The translations under genes were made by a program, and so were the position numbers. A DNA stretch of 64,000 bases from Octopus sinensis. Taxonomy: Eukaryota. The notes beneath the pieces are model-generated. The model was not told the DNA's origin and did no database searches. It saw nothing but the letters and a program-made list of their open reading frames with translations. Shown here piece by piece: positions 11,868-24,150 of this stretch; position 1 is the stretch's first letter, and each line of letters starts with the position of its first letter. Location: assembly GCF_006345805.1 (NCBI RefSeq), contig NC_042997.1:168764001-168828000 (forward strand). The letters run 5' to 3'.

Positions 11868-12687
11868 ACCACCACCACCACTGCCACCACCACCGCCGCC
11901 GCCGCCATCTCCACCAGCATCATCATTTAATGTCCATTTTCCATGCCGGCATGAGTTGGACAGTTTGACAGTGGCTGGCTAGGCAGAAAACTGCACCAAT
12001 TCTCTGTTTATTTTGCTAAGTTTTTGTGGTTTATACAGCTGAATGACCTTCCTAACGCTAACCACTTTACAGAGTGGACTGTGTGTGCTTTTTATGTGAC
12101 ACCAGCACCATATAGATATGTATATAAATATATGGATAAACAAGATGCATCTATACACAAAAGCACACACACACACACACACACACCTTATGCAACTCTT
12201 CTATGTATATTATAATTGTTCAATTGTTATGAAAGGAGAGGACCAATATAAATACGATGAACTGCTACAAGAGAAATACAAAAAGAATCATATGATAAAA
12301 CAAAACATTTACCAAACAATTATAGAATGGTAACTGATTGCCAAATCTATTAGCTAGTGTCTACAACTTAATTCTAAACTATAACAATTGAACACCAGAA
12401 CACTATAAAAGTGATAATATATGTACTGACGGAACTGATTAGAAAACCAAGTATCGAATGGCTATTCGGGGCTCAACTTCATTCTGTTGTTAGTATTGCT
12501 ATCGTGTTTGGAACAAACATATTCTTTAATTATTGGCAACATAGAATTAGTTTCATCCAAAAGAAATCCATTAATCTGATTGTTGATATCTCAATGAGAA
12601 TCTGCTATCTCTAACACATCAGTATATGTTCTCTGGTGTGTCTACAAAATCTACAGCAAAATCTTCAGCTTACTGTTTTTATTTAAC

Positions 12688-12705
12688 GATGATGATGATG
12701 ATGAC

Positions 12706-12747
<42 letters not shown>

Positions 12748-12886
12748 AATAATAATAATAATAATAATGATAATAATAATAATGATAATAATAATGATAA
12801 TAATAATAATGATAATAATAATGATAATAATAATGATAATAATAATAATGATAATAATAATGATGATGATGATGATGATGATGATG
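12688..12886. repeat. Compound (GAT)n/(AAT)n microsatellite
   Basis: Direct reading; patterned AATAATAATGAT higher-order units. Confidence 0.95.
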
Positions 12887-12889
12887 GAG

Positions 12890-13081
12890 TTCTATATTTA
12901 AGATATGAGGAATTATGTACATTATTTACATTATTTACATTTGACGGATATTTGTCCTCATCTTGTTTGTTGCTAACACGACATTTTGGCTGATGAAGGC
13001 TGGAGGGTATATCAGCCGAAACATGTTAACAACAAACAAGATGAGGACAAATATCTGTCAAGTGTAAATAATGTAAATAAT
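12890..13081. mobile_element. Penelope-like inverted terminal-repeat pair around a hammerhead core
   Basis: 58-bp inverted repeat 12921-12978 / 13024-13081 (3 mismatches); CTGATGA A GGCTG-loop-CAGCC GAAAC at 12990-13022. Confidence 0.75.
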
Positions 13082-13874
13082 AATGATAATTATCATCATC
13101 ATCATGACTCTGCATTTGTTTTTCCATGAGTATGTCTAAGTATTTCCTTTATTTTCATTTTGTGTTCCTCACTGATGAAGGAAGAATCCTTTTTGGATTA
13201 ATCCAGAAATCGGAACTGATTTGGGGATAACTATATTTTTATGAATTTCTGTTAGCTTACTTTCCTCGTTTCAGTATGTGGTTAGACGATTTAGCATCTA
13301 TTTTTCAGCATATTGGCAAAGAAAAAATTTTCTTTTTGCCCTTATAATTGTGCATGTGTGAGAGGGAGAGAGAGAGAGTGCATGTGTGTGTGTGTGTGTG
13401 TGCATGTGTGTTTGTGTCTATGTTTGTCCCTCCCCACCATTGCTTGACAACCGATGTTAGTGTGTTTGCATCCCCGTAAATTAGCCGTTCGGCAGAGGAA
13501 ACTAATAGAATAAGCACCAGTTTTACAGGGAATAAAGTGTGGTGCTCCTGTATGGCCAGTGTCAAATGATTGAAACAAGTAAAAGAATAGAAGAATACCA
13601 GATGAACGTTCCGTACCACTAAACCAAGATGGTTCTTTGAGGATGTACAATGTATTTTAAGGCTAAATAGTAATTCTGTTTACATTTGCATAACAGATAT
13701 TTTTGTTGGATTATATAGTTATCGGTTTTACATTTCTTTCTATGTTCAGTAACTGTCACAATACAGAAACATTTCTCATGGCACCAGCACACAATTTACA
13801 GATGCTTGCATTTTTTATGTTTGCCATGAATTTTTCATGAGTCCAGCTAGTCATTATTATTATTATTATTATTA

Positions 13875-14236
13875 TTATTAAGGCGTTAGGAAGGGCATCC
13901 AGCCGTAGAAACACTGCCAGATTTGACTGGGCCTGATGAAGCCTTCTGGCTTCACAGACCCCAGTAGAACCGTCCAACCCATGCTAGCATGGAAAACGGA
14001 CGCTAAATGATGATGATGATGATGATGATGTGGTGAGCAGGCAGGATTGTTAGCACACCAGGCAAAATACTAAGCTGTTCATCTTAAAGTTCAAATTCCA
14101 CTGAGGTTGACTCTGCCTTTCATCCTTTCGGGGTCGATGAAATAAGTACCAGTTACAAACTAGGATCAATGAAATCAACTATTCCCCTCCCCCAAATTGC
14201 AGCCCTTGTGCCTATAATAGAAAAGATTATTATTAC

Positions 14237-14268
<32 letters not shown>

Positions 14269-14480
14269 GGCAAGCTGGCAGAATTGTTAGCATGCTGGGC
14301 AAAATTCTTAGTGGTATTTTGTCTGTCTTTTCATTCTGAGTTCAAATTCTGCCAAGGTTGACTTTGCCTTTCAGCCTTTCGAGTTCGATAAAACAGATAA
14401 CTAGTTAAGCATTGGGGTTGATGTAATCAACTTAACCCATGGCCACTTGAAATTGCTGGCCCTGTGCCAAAATTTGGAAC
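13875..14480 (+). mobile_element. SINE C 3' part (13875-14030) followed by two SINE D copies
   Basis: Family motifs as above, separated by microsatellite tails. Confidence 0.75.
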
Positions 14481-14851
14481 CATTATTATTATGATCATTT
14501 GTTATCACCATTGATGTCATCATTATCATTAAACATTATCGTTATACAAGCTGCGCCAAAGTTTCAAGTAAAAATGGCAAAAAGGACAACAAAATTTTGC
14601 ATCTAAAGAAGTTAACAGGTGAGGTACCAAACAACTAAAAAAAAACTGATAACTGTGTGTTAAAAAAAAAAACATTGCATTTATATGGAGAGGAATTTAT
14701 GTGAGGTACCTATGAATATGGTTGTTAGCAATTCACTTATTCTGGGGCAGCTAGGAAGTTGATCCACATATTTGTTTGCTTTGTTTGATATCATTCCAAA
14801 TGCCCTGATAACAATAGATAACATTAAGGTACCACATTCTTCTGATTGCAC

Positions 14852-14888
<37 letters not shown>

Positions 14889-15002
14889 TAGTTTTATTTT
14901 TATAGTGTGCTTTCACTTCACTACCGAGCACAGCTCTGTGTGCCTTGGGTATGTGCTGTGATTTGTTGTGATGCTCTGATGGTTACTGTATTGAAAGTGT
15001 TT

Positions 15003-15367
15003 TGTTATTATTATTATTATTATTATATTATTATTATTATTATCATCATCATCATCATTATCTGTTTGACTTTTGCTTTGTATTTGTACAAGTTGGCTCC
15101 AAGTCCCACCCAGAGACCTCAAGAGACAACAAGTTAGAAGTTCATGTCGGTGTTATGCCTAGGGTGTCATATATTTGGTTTTGCACATAGTATTGTTCTA
15201 GAGAATTTTAAAATTATGAGTGTGTTAGATTACATAGACAGTATTTTACGTAGGATATGGACAGTGCCCATGAGCACTATCTTTAGAATTTCTGCCATTT
15301 TGAAGTTTCCTGGTGCTTGAGCTAAGTAGCAATCAGCCCCTTTTGCTATCATTCCTAGGACATTCAT
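15003..15367 (-). mobile_element. R4/Dong-clade non-LTR retrotransposon 3' end
   Basis: LGMIAKGADCYLAQAPGNFKMAEILKIVLMGTVHILRKILSM* (stop at 15230-15232) resembles the R4/Dong C-terminus (QK..L.GT.HILRK.L); 3' UTR ends in (TGA)n(TAA)n. Confidence 0.7.
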
Positions 15368-15401
<34 letters not shown>

Positions 15402-16035
15402 CCACCACCACCACCATCACCACATCATCATCATCATCATCATCATCATTATAATTATTATTGGCTGCATTTACATTCATTGGCACTTGCCAATCTATTT
15501 TTCATTATCTTGCAACAAGCTTTATATGCTAACTTTTGTTTCCTGAAATATTTTGCTCAGTAGAGCTTCCTTTTGTCTATTAATATCCAAAGTTTCAAAC
15601 CTCATATTAACCACAGTACTGTCAATCATCTATCTCCTTGACACTTTTTTTCTTATAATGGAACAAAATTCAATGCTAAAGAGAAAAGCAAAATGGAACA
15701 AAATTCAAGAAGTAGTGATATGTTAACAAGCAACAATGTAGGACTGTAAATGTGCTATAAATTATGATCTGTAAATTTATCACAATCATACAAGCTGCGT
15801 TATACAACAGGAAAAATTAAACATAGTCATCCACACACAACTTTAAAAGATTCCTAATTTATTCAGCAAGACAATTAGGTGTTCTGTTAAAAGGAAATTA
15901 CAAGGCAATTAATAATTGTGTTGTTATAATTAATTATTATTTTGCTAGAAGGTGAAATGACTATAAAGTTGAGTGCTGTGCAAACATCATCCACAGTAAC
16001 AAAGATATTTGTATAAATTTAATTTTAAAAAAATA

Positions 16036-16413
16036 TCTCTATATATATAAACGGCAAAATGTCTGTCTGTGTGTGTGTGTGTGTGTATCCTTTATACAAA
16101 TCCACAATTTTTCAGTTAGAGGGCTCGCACTTTCTATGGTCATTCAAAACCGTCTAAGGGTGGTCATGCACATCTTTACATTACCCCAGTCACCCCGCAG
16201 AGCGATTAAAAAATCAATAGAAGTGACTTTTTTGTGAATTTTCTATCCAAAACCCAATCAAAATGCTCGAAACTTGATACGCCAATTGAATGCCAGCTAG
16301 CTGTATGTGATTGGTCGGAGATTTGGACAGTACTCGCATGTATGTGCGCACGCATGCAACTGTATATGCATGCACTAGTAGTATGACCTGGCATTGCCAG
16401 GTCATAGTGCTAG
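16036..16413 (+). mobile_element. Non-autonomous Helitron (378 bp)
   Basis: A|TCTCTATATATATAAA 5' end; perfect 12-bp hairpin TATGACCTGGCA-T-TGCCAGGTCATA (16382-16406); CTAG|T 3' end; no TSD. Confidence 0.85.
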
Positions 16414-16707
16414 TTTATTTATAAACACTGGAAGAGACACTTCAAGATTGTAGAATATAATCCTATAAGAAAAAACATCTAACCCCCAAAGAACAATGAA
16501 AGCAGACATAAATACCATATGAATAAAACTAGGGCAGGAGGAGTAGTGGGTAAATTACAAAAAGAAAAATTTGCATCAAACTGCTAACTTAATAAATATC
16601 ACCAAATATTTTACATCTGCAATACACAGAACAATCTAAAATGTAAACTTAATTTTGAAACATGAATTTTTCAAAATGTCTACTTAAAAATGAATTTATG
16701 CTGAAAT

Positions 16708-16716
16708 ACTTACCTG
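16708..16716 (-). promoter_or_regulatory. 5' splice donor
   Basis: CAG|GTAAGT, a perfect consensus, 62 nt before the ORF stop codon. Confidence 0.8.
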
Positions 16717-19240
16717 GTAAAACCTCCTTAATTTTTAACATCTTCCAGTATTCTCCGTGAACAGACTTCCCTGAAGAATCCGTAATGTTAGCATCAAGAA
16801 GATCAGAGTCATGTTCTCGAATGAAATGCTCCTCATAGTCTCGTATGTCATAGCAGACAAAATCACAAAATGAGCATCGGTAAATCCCTTTAAGGCCAAT
16901 GTCATTTTCACTTTGGTCTTCAGGTTCAGTTTTTATAGTTGTCCCCAAAACTTTCTCCAAGCTCTGAGAAGTGGACATGGACTGGTTTGGATGTATGAGC
17001 AAGCTTTCAACAACAGAAGATAACATACCTAACGAATCTACAGCCTGTGGAAAAGTTTGTTCCATAGAAGAGAACTGAGTTTGATTCTCCAGAACATCTT
17101 GATTGTTACTACTAGAGCTTTGTTTATTTGTAAAGCTTCTGTCGGAGGTATCTTTTGTCTTTTTTAGTGGAGGGAAGTCTTTACTTTGTTCATTAACAGT
17201 TTGATCAGAACTGCTCGCATGAACTTGATTTTTGTCTTCTTTAGACTTACAAGAAAGTTTTTCGAGTGAAGAATTTTCACCAGCAGTTAACGACATATTA
17301 TCAGCAGTTTTTTTATTATTTTTACTTGAGTTAAACTCCTCGTCTGAATCTGAATCAGACCAAGAGGTTGTCAGCTGTGGTTGATGACGTACAGCCACAG
17401 GAGCATGTCGCTTACGCCTCTGTCGAGGAGCAGACTCGCGGTCAGAATTTGGTTCACCATCACTAGTTACCTCTTGACTCTTTGTTTCTTTATCCAGTTC
17501 ATTGTCAGAAACCTCTTTTGGGGTGTCACTAGAAACTGGTGACAGCCGTTCTCCTCCCAAAGGAATATTTGTTGCATGAGATCTTGAGTTTGGTTGGGTA
17601 CTTGGCTGAGTAACACTATTATCGTCCGAGTCTGTTTTACAGTTATTACTATTATGGGAGCTGCTTGTGGTAGCATTATTTGTATCATTGTTGCTAGAAT
17701 CTTCTAATAAAGAAGTGGGAGAATAGGCTGAGGAGGAAGAAGAAGATGTAAGTGAAGATGGCATAGAAGAATAACTGGACACTTTCTTTGTTGAAACATA
17801 GTTACCATTACTGTTTGAGGGACAATGAGATGATTCTCTTTTGAAATTAGGAGACAATTTTTGTTGTGGTTGTTGCGGCTGTTTTTGCTGTTGATGCTGT
17901 TTCTGATGATGGGATTGTATGTTCTGATGTGATGAATGTATATTTGTTTGTGGGGGTATTGGATGGGGTAGAGATTGTGAATGTGTAGGTAGAGGTGGGA
18001 GGGTTGTGAGCTGTTGTTTGTGTTGTTGTTGTTGCGATTGATGATGGTGTTGTATCTGTTGGTCAGAAGACACACTTCTATCAGCAGTCTCGACACGTGC
18101 CCGATGCTGGTAACTCGAACAATGGCTTAAGAAAGCCGCGCGTGCCTGACACTTACAGTTACACACCTGGCAAAAATAAACAATGTTGCCACCTTCTCGG
18201 ATCAGCTTAGTGTACTTACCAAAGTCATGTGTGTAACTTGGGTTTGACATAGCACTATGGAAGCCAGAGGAATTTCCCCCTGCATGTAGCCGAGTGTTTG
18301 ATATCAGAATTTGATCTGCTAGCTGCTGAAGACGTGTTATATTTTCTTCCATAGTCATTTTCTCTGGTTTCACGCTATCTTTGACAGAATTTACACTGAT
18401 CTTGTTATTGCTGTTACTATTAGCGCAGCCGTTGCTACTGTTATTATTAACAGATATATTTGTACCAGTACTACTACTGCTGCTAGCTACACTGTTACCA
18501 TTAACTTGCCCAAATAACGGTGCTGAGGGTGCCAGTTGTCGCTGCTTCCCATGGACTGTATCCATGACAAATCGCGACGTCCGGTACTGCATCGTCTTGT
18601 TGGGATCACTTATTGTACACTGATTTTCTGTACTGATTTCAGTTCCGCTCTTATTGGTAAATTCATCGATAGGTGAAGCTTCAGGAGAGTCTAATTCAGT
18701 ATCAGAAGTTTCAATGCCATGAGAAAAACGGCAATGTGCACGGAGATCTTCTTCAGTACTAAAGTTGAAATTGCAATGTTGGCAATCTTTATAAGATTGC
18801 TTTTTTGTTAAGTGTTGGTCATTGACATGGCTAATGAAGCTATCCCGTGATGTCAGAATAGATGGCAGAGTTGTACACAAAGTACATTTGTATAAGATTT
18901 CAGCAAATTTCATCAAGTTCTCAACAGAGTGTCCAAGAACTTTATCAAGCAGAAAGTTTTTCTGATTACTAACATCTGAGGATTCCTTAAAACAACTTTT
19001 AGATTCTTGACTCGTAGAAAATGTTTGGTTCCCACCACCTTTCGCAGACATGGTAAAATCCACATTGGAATTCGACCCGTTAAGAAGTAATTTTGAAGAA
19101 TTTTTATAGTTTGGACTAAAATTACAGGAACCGAGATCTTTGTCATCTTCAGTTTTGATTTTTATATGGCATTGGTTTGTAGAATCAACAACAGAGTTTG
19201 AGCAACTGTTGGTAAGATGGTTATACATGACAGCATGCAT
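16714..19240 (-). CDS. Large coding exon (aa 1-842 plus 1 nt) of a dispersed multi-C2H2 zinc-finger protein; gene continues past a phase-1 donor
   Basis: 863-aa ORF in otherwise stop-rich DNA. Fingers at about C119/C122/H138/H143, C153/C156/H169/H174, C357/C360/H373/H379 and C789/C792/H805/H810. S/N/Q/H-rich linkers, basic RQRRKRH patch. In-frame TGA at 19286-19288 upstream of the ATG. Donor CCAG|GTAAGT at 16714/16713, so the last 21 aa of the ORF track are probably intronic. Confidence 0.85.
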
Positions 19241-19323
19241 TTCTGGAGAAAAATTTTTAAATTTGGTAAAATGGAGTTTGTAGTGTCATTGAATCCACAG
19301 TATGTACTCAAAGTGAGAACAAC
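19241..19323 (-). other. 5' UTR part of the zinc-finger exon, after a strong 3' splice acceptor
   Basis: Minus strand TTTTTTTTCTGCTCTCTTTCTAG|GTTG with the AG ending at 19324. A second acceptor-like site TTTTTCTCCAG|AAATG ends at 19243. Confidence 0.6.
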
Positions 19324-19479
19324 CTAGAAAGAGAGCAGAAAAAAAATTATTAACATAATCAATTTTTAACTGATGCATCAATGTAAGTATTTTCCTTTTA
19401 TATCTATCTATATCTCTTTTGAACTGTCCAAATGCAAAATTTACTTACCATATTTACTCATGTTTACCCTTATGTATCC

Positions 19480-19960
19480 CTATCTCTCCTTGTCTACAGA
19501 TCCTAAATCTTGCACACTGTTCTACTACTTTCTGTTTTTATTCTCCTTCCTGATTCATGCCTATATATAAACCACGTTACCTCTTTGCACACTGGTATTT
19601 CTACATTCACCTGTTTATTCCTTCCTCACACTGAAAGCATCCACTCACACATCCCCCCCACCCCAAAACTAATTGTCCTTGTCCTCTTTTATGCTCACCT
19701 TCTTGTTTCTTGTTCCTTAAGGGTTTGCTCTAAAACCCCATCACTAACTTCTCATCTCCTTTAGCCATACATCTCCTCTACAGCAAGACACCTGCACTTG
19801 TCCCTCTATCATCCTTTAGCCTTTTGACACCTGGCATACAGCCCCTCACCTCCATCTGCCCCTCCCAAATACTTTTTCTTGTTAGTACGAGCTTTTTCTT
19901 CCCTTTCCTTGTCCTCCTTCTCCATTCTTTCCTGTCTTGCAAGTTACATGACCACCTCAT
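19480..19960 (-). mobile_element. Highly degenerate LINE-like coding relic
   Basis: Purine-rich broken frames with only weak RT-like resemblance; clade not assignable. Confidence 0.3.
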
Positions 19961-21671
19961 TAGCGCCCATGCATGGAAAAAGCACCCAATACATTCTGTA
20001 AAGTGGTTTGCATTAGGAAGGGCATCCAGCCTATAGGATCCATACCAAACATGACATCAGAACTCAGCACAGCTCTGCAACTTGCCACTTCCCTGTCAAA
20101 CTGTTCTACCCATGCAAGCATAGAAAACAGACATTAAACGATGATGATGATGGATTTGTGCTATTTTATACTTAATTTTAACTGAAAAAAAACAGGAACA
20201 CAACTTATATGAAGGGCAAAGCTAATATCAAATTTAAATATGCAGGGAAAAAATTTTATACCAAGATTTAAAACTAAATTAGGGGTATGACTTTAACATG
20301 AGTGTAACTTATGCACAAGTAAATATGGTATATTGTGATAAATGGTTCACGACTATACTTTTTAACACACCGACTGCTTTTATATTCCAATTTAATCAAA
20401 GTTTAGGTTTAGGAAGAATTCAACAAAATAGCTATAACTTTAGATATAAATTTCTTAGTATTATTTTGCTGATATTAACCAACCAAAATATCACAAAATA
20501 ATTTATGTTACAATAAAATATTGTTTAATTAATGAAAGTCTATGAATACTTCAGCACAAGTTAGTATTAAAACAATTGAGATTTTTTTACAGATATTGAA
20601 ACAAATATTGCTTTATCTGATTTCCCTGATCAAACCACTGAAGAACCCCCCACCCCCACAAAAAAGCAACATTTCAAACATAGAAATAAATGATGAGTAC
20701 AATCAAATCAAAGATACTGTAAAGATTACATGAAAATACAGGAGGACAGAAAGTAGTTGACATTTATAGGGTGAATTGGAGGCGAAAAGAGTGGCAGCCC
20801 AGTGTAAAGGCTACAAATCATACAACTAAGTAACTATGGTAGTAGAGTTGATGATGACAATATCTTTGTCTTTGTTGTTGTTCAGCTCCTAATCAGACCT
20901 AATTGAGCAGGTCTACAAGCAAAGATATTCCAACCATGACCATCCAAACTTTTTTTCAATATAGTGGGTATAGGAATACATTATCCAATGTGTCCTTACC
21001 TTTTTTTATGATGGTAAGGTGTGATTCTATGAAAATGACAGCAAGAACCAGTAAGTCAGGTGGCCACATGCAGGCTCCATTAATGACAATAATGATGATG
21101 ATGATTATTATTTTATAGATATGTATGTACATAGGTACACAGAGGCGCACACACACACACAGACACACACAAACACACACACGCACCCACACACACAAAG
21201 AGAGTAATAAAAAGCATACATGGAGTGTTAAGTTACAATTCTGAGTCTCTCAGTAATCACTAACAAATATCAACAATCATCACAGTTAAGAAACGCTATA
21301 ACAACACCACATCTTTTGGGTACTTTCAACCTTCATCTTATCCTAACATCAACTCCACTCTGGTAAAGTTTGTGAAAGGAGAGCAAATACTGGCAGAGGA
21401 TTAATTGTTTGCAAATTAGAAAATATTTCATTTTAAATAAACATGTCAAAACAGATTGTTTTGCAGCCAGAATAAAAATGAAGAATATTTATTTTCTCTC
21501 ATAAATTTTGTGGGGGTTTTGGGGATGGATGGGGAGAGAGTGGGACTGGATAGAAGTGGTGTGCCGCTATGCTTAATTTACATGAGCCAGAGATTGTTGC
21601 AACAGAGATTGAAAAAGGTGTCAAAAATGAATATGTATCTGTAAGTCAGTAGCAGCAAAATGTTGGGAGTA

Positions 21672-22186
21672 CCGTAAATCCTCGAGTATAATCCGCATTT
21701 TTTTCCAAAAAAATTTAAAGGTCAAAATCCCTAGTGCGTACTAATACATGAGGTTAGAAATGAAAATTATTTTCTAAGCAATGTCCGAGTCTCTATTTAC
21801 TGTCCGGCAATGTTTATTCAGATGCATTTTGTGATGTCGGGCAGGAAAATACCTTACGCTAAGCCTGAAAGCAATGAAGTCATAAAAGAATCATCCATAA
21901 CTTGCAGTAAGCAACATTTATTAAATGTTATTACTGTTATTTCTTTATTTTCTGCAAACAAAATGCACAAAAAAGCTACACGGTTGCATTATGTTATATA
22001 TACAATAATAATAAAGCATGTTACCGTATACATATTTACAAACCAAGAATGTTATATAGACCTCCTTGGCTCAAGTTAGAGAAGGGATGCATATTATACA
22101 CAAGGTTTAGGTTTTTCAGAGATACAGCCCCCTAAAAATCCCCTGCGTATTATACTCAAGGGTGGACTATACTCGAGGATTTATGG
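21672..22186. mobile_element. Tc1/mariner-superfamily (pogo/Tc2-like) MITE
   Basis: TA|CCGTAAATCCTCGAGTATAATCC ... GGACTATACTCGAGGATTTATGG|TA; TIR 21/23 identical; TA TSD. Confidence 0.85.
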
Positions 22187-22799
22187 TAGATTCTTTGTGG
22201 GACATCATCATCATCATCATCACCAGTACCATTTTATGCTTGTTTTCTCTTTTCTTTTCTATTCTAACGAGTGTAGATGTATGGTAAGATGTTTAGTTCC
22301 CAACCACATGGTTTTAGGTTCGGTCCCACTGCATGACACCTTGGGCAAGTGTCTTCTACTATAGCATCAGGCCAACCAAAACCTTATGAGTAGATTTGGT
22401 AGATGGAAACCCTCACCTGTTTCCATCATCATCATTTAACGTCCGTTGTCCATACTGGTATGGGTTGGACAGTTTGACCAGGGCTAGCAAGCTGGGAGGC
22501 CGCACCGGACTGCTGTCTGTTTTGGCATGGCTTCTACAGCTGGATGCCCTTGCTAACACCAACCACTCTGAGAGCGTAGTGGGCGCTTTTATGTGCCATT
22601 CGCATGACACAGGTATCTGCCATGATGGTGGTTTTACTTGGTTTGATAGGTCTTCTTCTCAAGCATGGCATAATGCCAAATGGACTCGGTCATTGCCTCT
22701 GTGAAGCCCAATGCTTAAAGCATGGCATAATGCCAAATAGTCTCGTCCTTGTCTCAGTGAGGTGCAATGACACTGTTTGTATGAAGAAGACACAAGCAC

Positions 22800-22833
<34 letters not shown>

Positions 22834-22877
22834 AAGGTGAGATAGTATCAATTTTTAAGAGCCTTTGTTTTAGACAG

Positions 22878-22881
<4 letters not shown>

Positions 22882-22964
<83 letters not shown>

Positions 22965-23016
22965 TTGTATATATGTATATATATATATGTATATATATAT
23001 ATGTATATATATATAT

Positions 23017-23047
<31 letters not shown>

Positions 23048-23048
23048 G

Positions 23049-23091
<43 letters not shown>

Positions 23092-23130
23092 ATATATGTA
23101 TATATATGAATGTATATCTATATGTATGTA
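22882..23130. repeat. (TA)n/(TG)n compound microsatellite
   Basis: Direct reading. Similar tracts at 620-715, 25050-25350 and 33170-33800. Confidence 0.95.
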
Positions 23131-23569
23131 ATATATAGATATATTAAATAATATATTAAATATAATGTATTAAATAATACATATAGATATATTAATTCAC
23201 ATAGCACTGTTTGGCCTAGGACTTAAGTAAAAGACACCAGTTCAATGTGCTAATGTGCTGTGCAGTGGGCCTGAACCTGAAATCAAGTGGTTGCTAAGAA
23301 AGCTTCTTAATCATACAGCCATGCCTGTAAGTAAGTATAAATCTCATATGAATATACCTAATTAAAATAAAATTTTCATTTTATGACTTTCAGCTGTGAA
23401 TGGTTGAAACATTACAACAAAAATGTTAAACAACATTCATGTTTCTCATCAATAAATTAATGTCAACAATTAAAAAAAGTTAGATGAACATAAACTATGT
23501 TGAAAATATTCTCTCATGAATGACGAAGCCACCTTGAGCATAATCCTATGGACCCGGAAAAATTTAAAA

Positions 23570-23915
23570 CAGAGAGTTACTTGCAAATAAATGTGTTAAC
23601 ATGTGACATTTATGACCGAGGTTACCGTGGTCTTTTCCGTAGGCTTTTCTTTCCACGGATAAACCTTATCTGCTTTCCCCTTTACACTTTACATCATGAC
23701 ATTTCTGTGAGACACGATCCTTATTGATCGTTTTTTTCTTTTCTTTTTTTCTCTTGTCTTTTTTTTTCCTTTCTACGATCCCTTTTGATCCAAAACCTAC
23801 CCCACCCTTTTTTTTCTACCCAAAAAGAAAATCTCTACTTTATAATTTGTCCTGTCTGCGTCCAACCCTGTGTGGCTAATAAAGAAACATATCTATTTAT
23901 TATTATTATTTATTA
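23570..23915 (+). mobile_element. Probable L1/Tx1-type LINE 3' UTR end
   Basis: Pyrimidine-rich UTR ending CCCTGTGTGGCTAATAAAGAAAC then (TAT)n; resembles the 3' end at 52628-52670. Confidence 0.4.
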
Positions 23916-24150
23916 ATTATTATTATTCTGATCCCCCTAGTCGCCACTCTGTTTACTATTTCAGCCTCGCCTCGTTTTTGCATATTCTGTATAATTCACT
24001 AGTTATCGTTATAGATATTTAAGATCTATCTCCCTTACAGGGCTGATTAGAAATTGGCTGCCGATTCTTGCGGCGCGCCCGCCCTACCCACCCCCACCAC
24101 CAATACCGGATATCTCTATTTTGCTCCAACTATACCGGATGTCGTTTCTC

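Noticed and set aside
13165-13215. CTGATGA...GAAA hammerhead-like string
   Set aside because: Helix II and helix I pairing cannot be drawn consistently; a similar weak case at 31575-31615 was also dropped.
16649-16713. C-terminal 21 aa of the 863-aa ORF as the true protein end
   Set aside because: A perfect GTAAGT donor precedes them and the sequence becomes AT-rich intron-like; probably read-through into the intron, though an unspliced isoform cannot be excluded.
17467-19146. Short alternative-frame and antisense ORFs inside the zinc-finger exon
   Set aside because: Shadows of low-complexity coding sequence.
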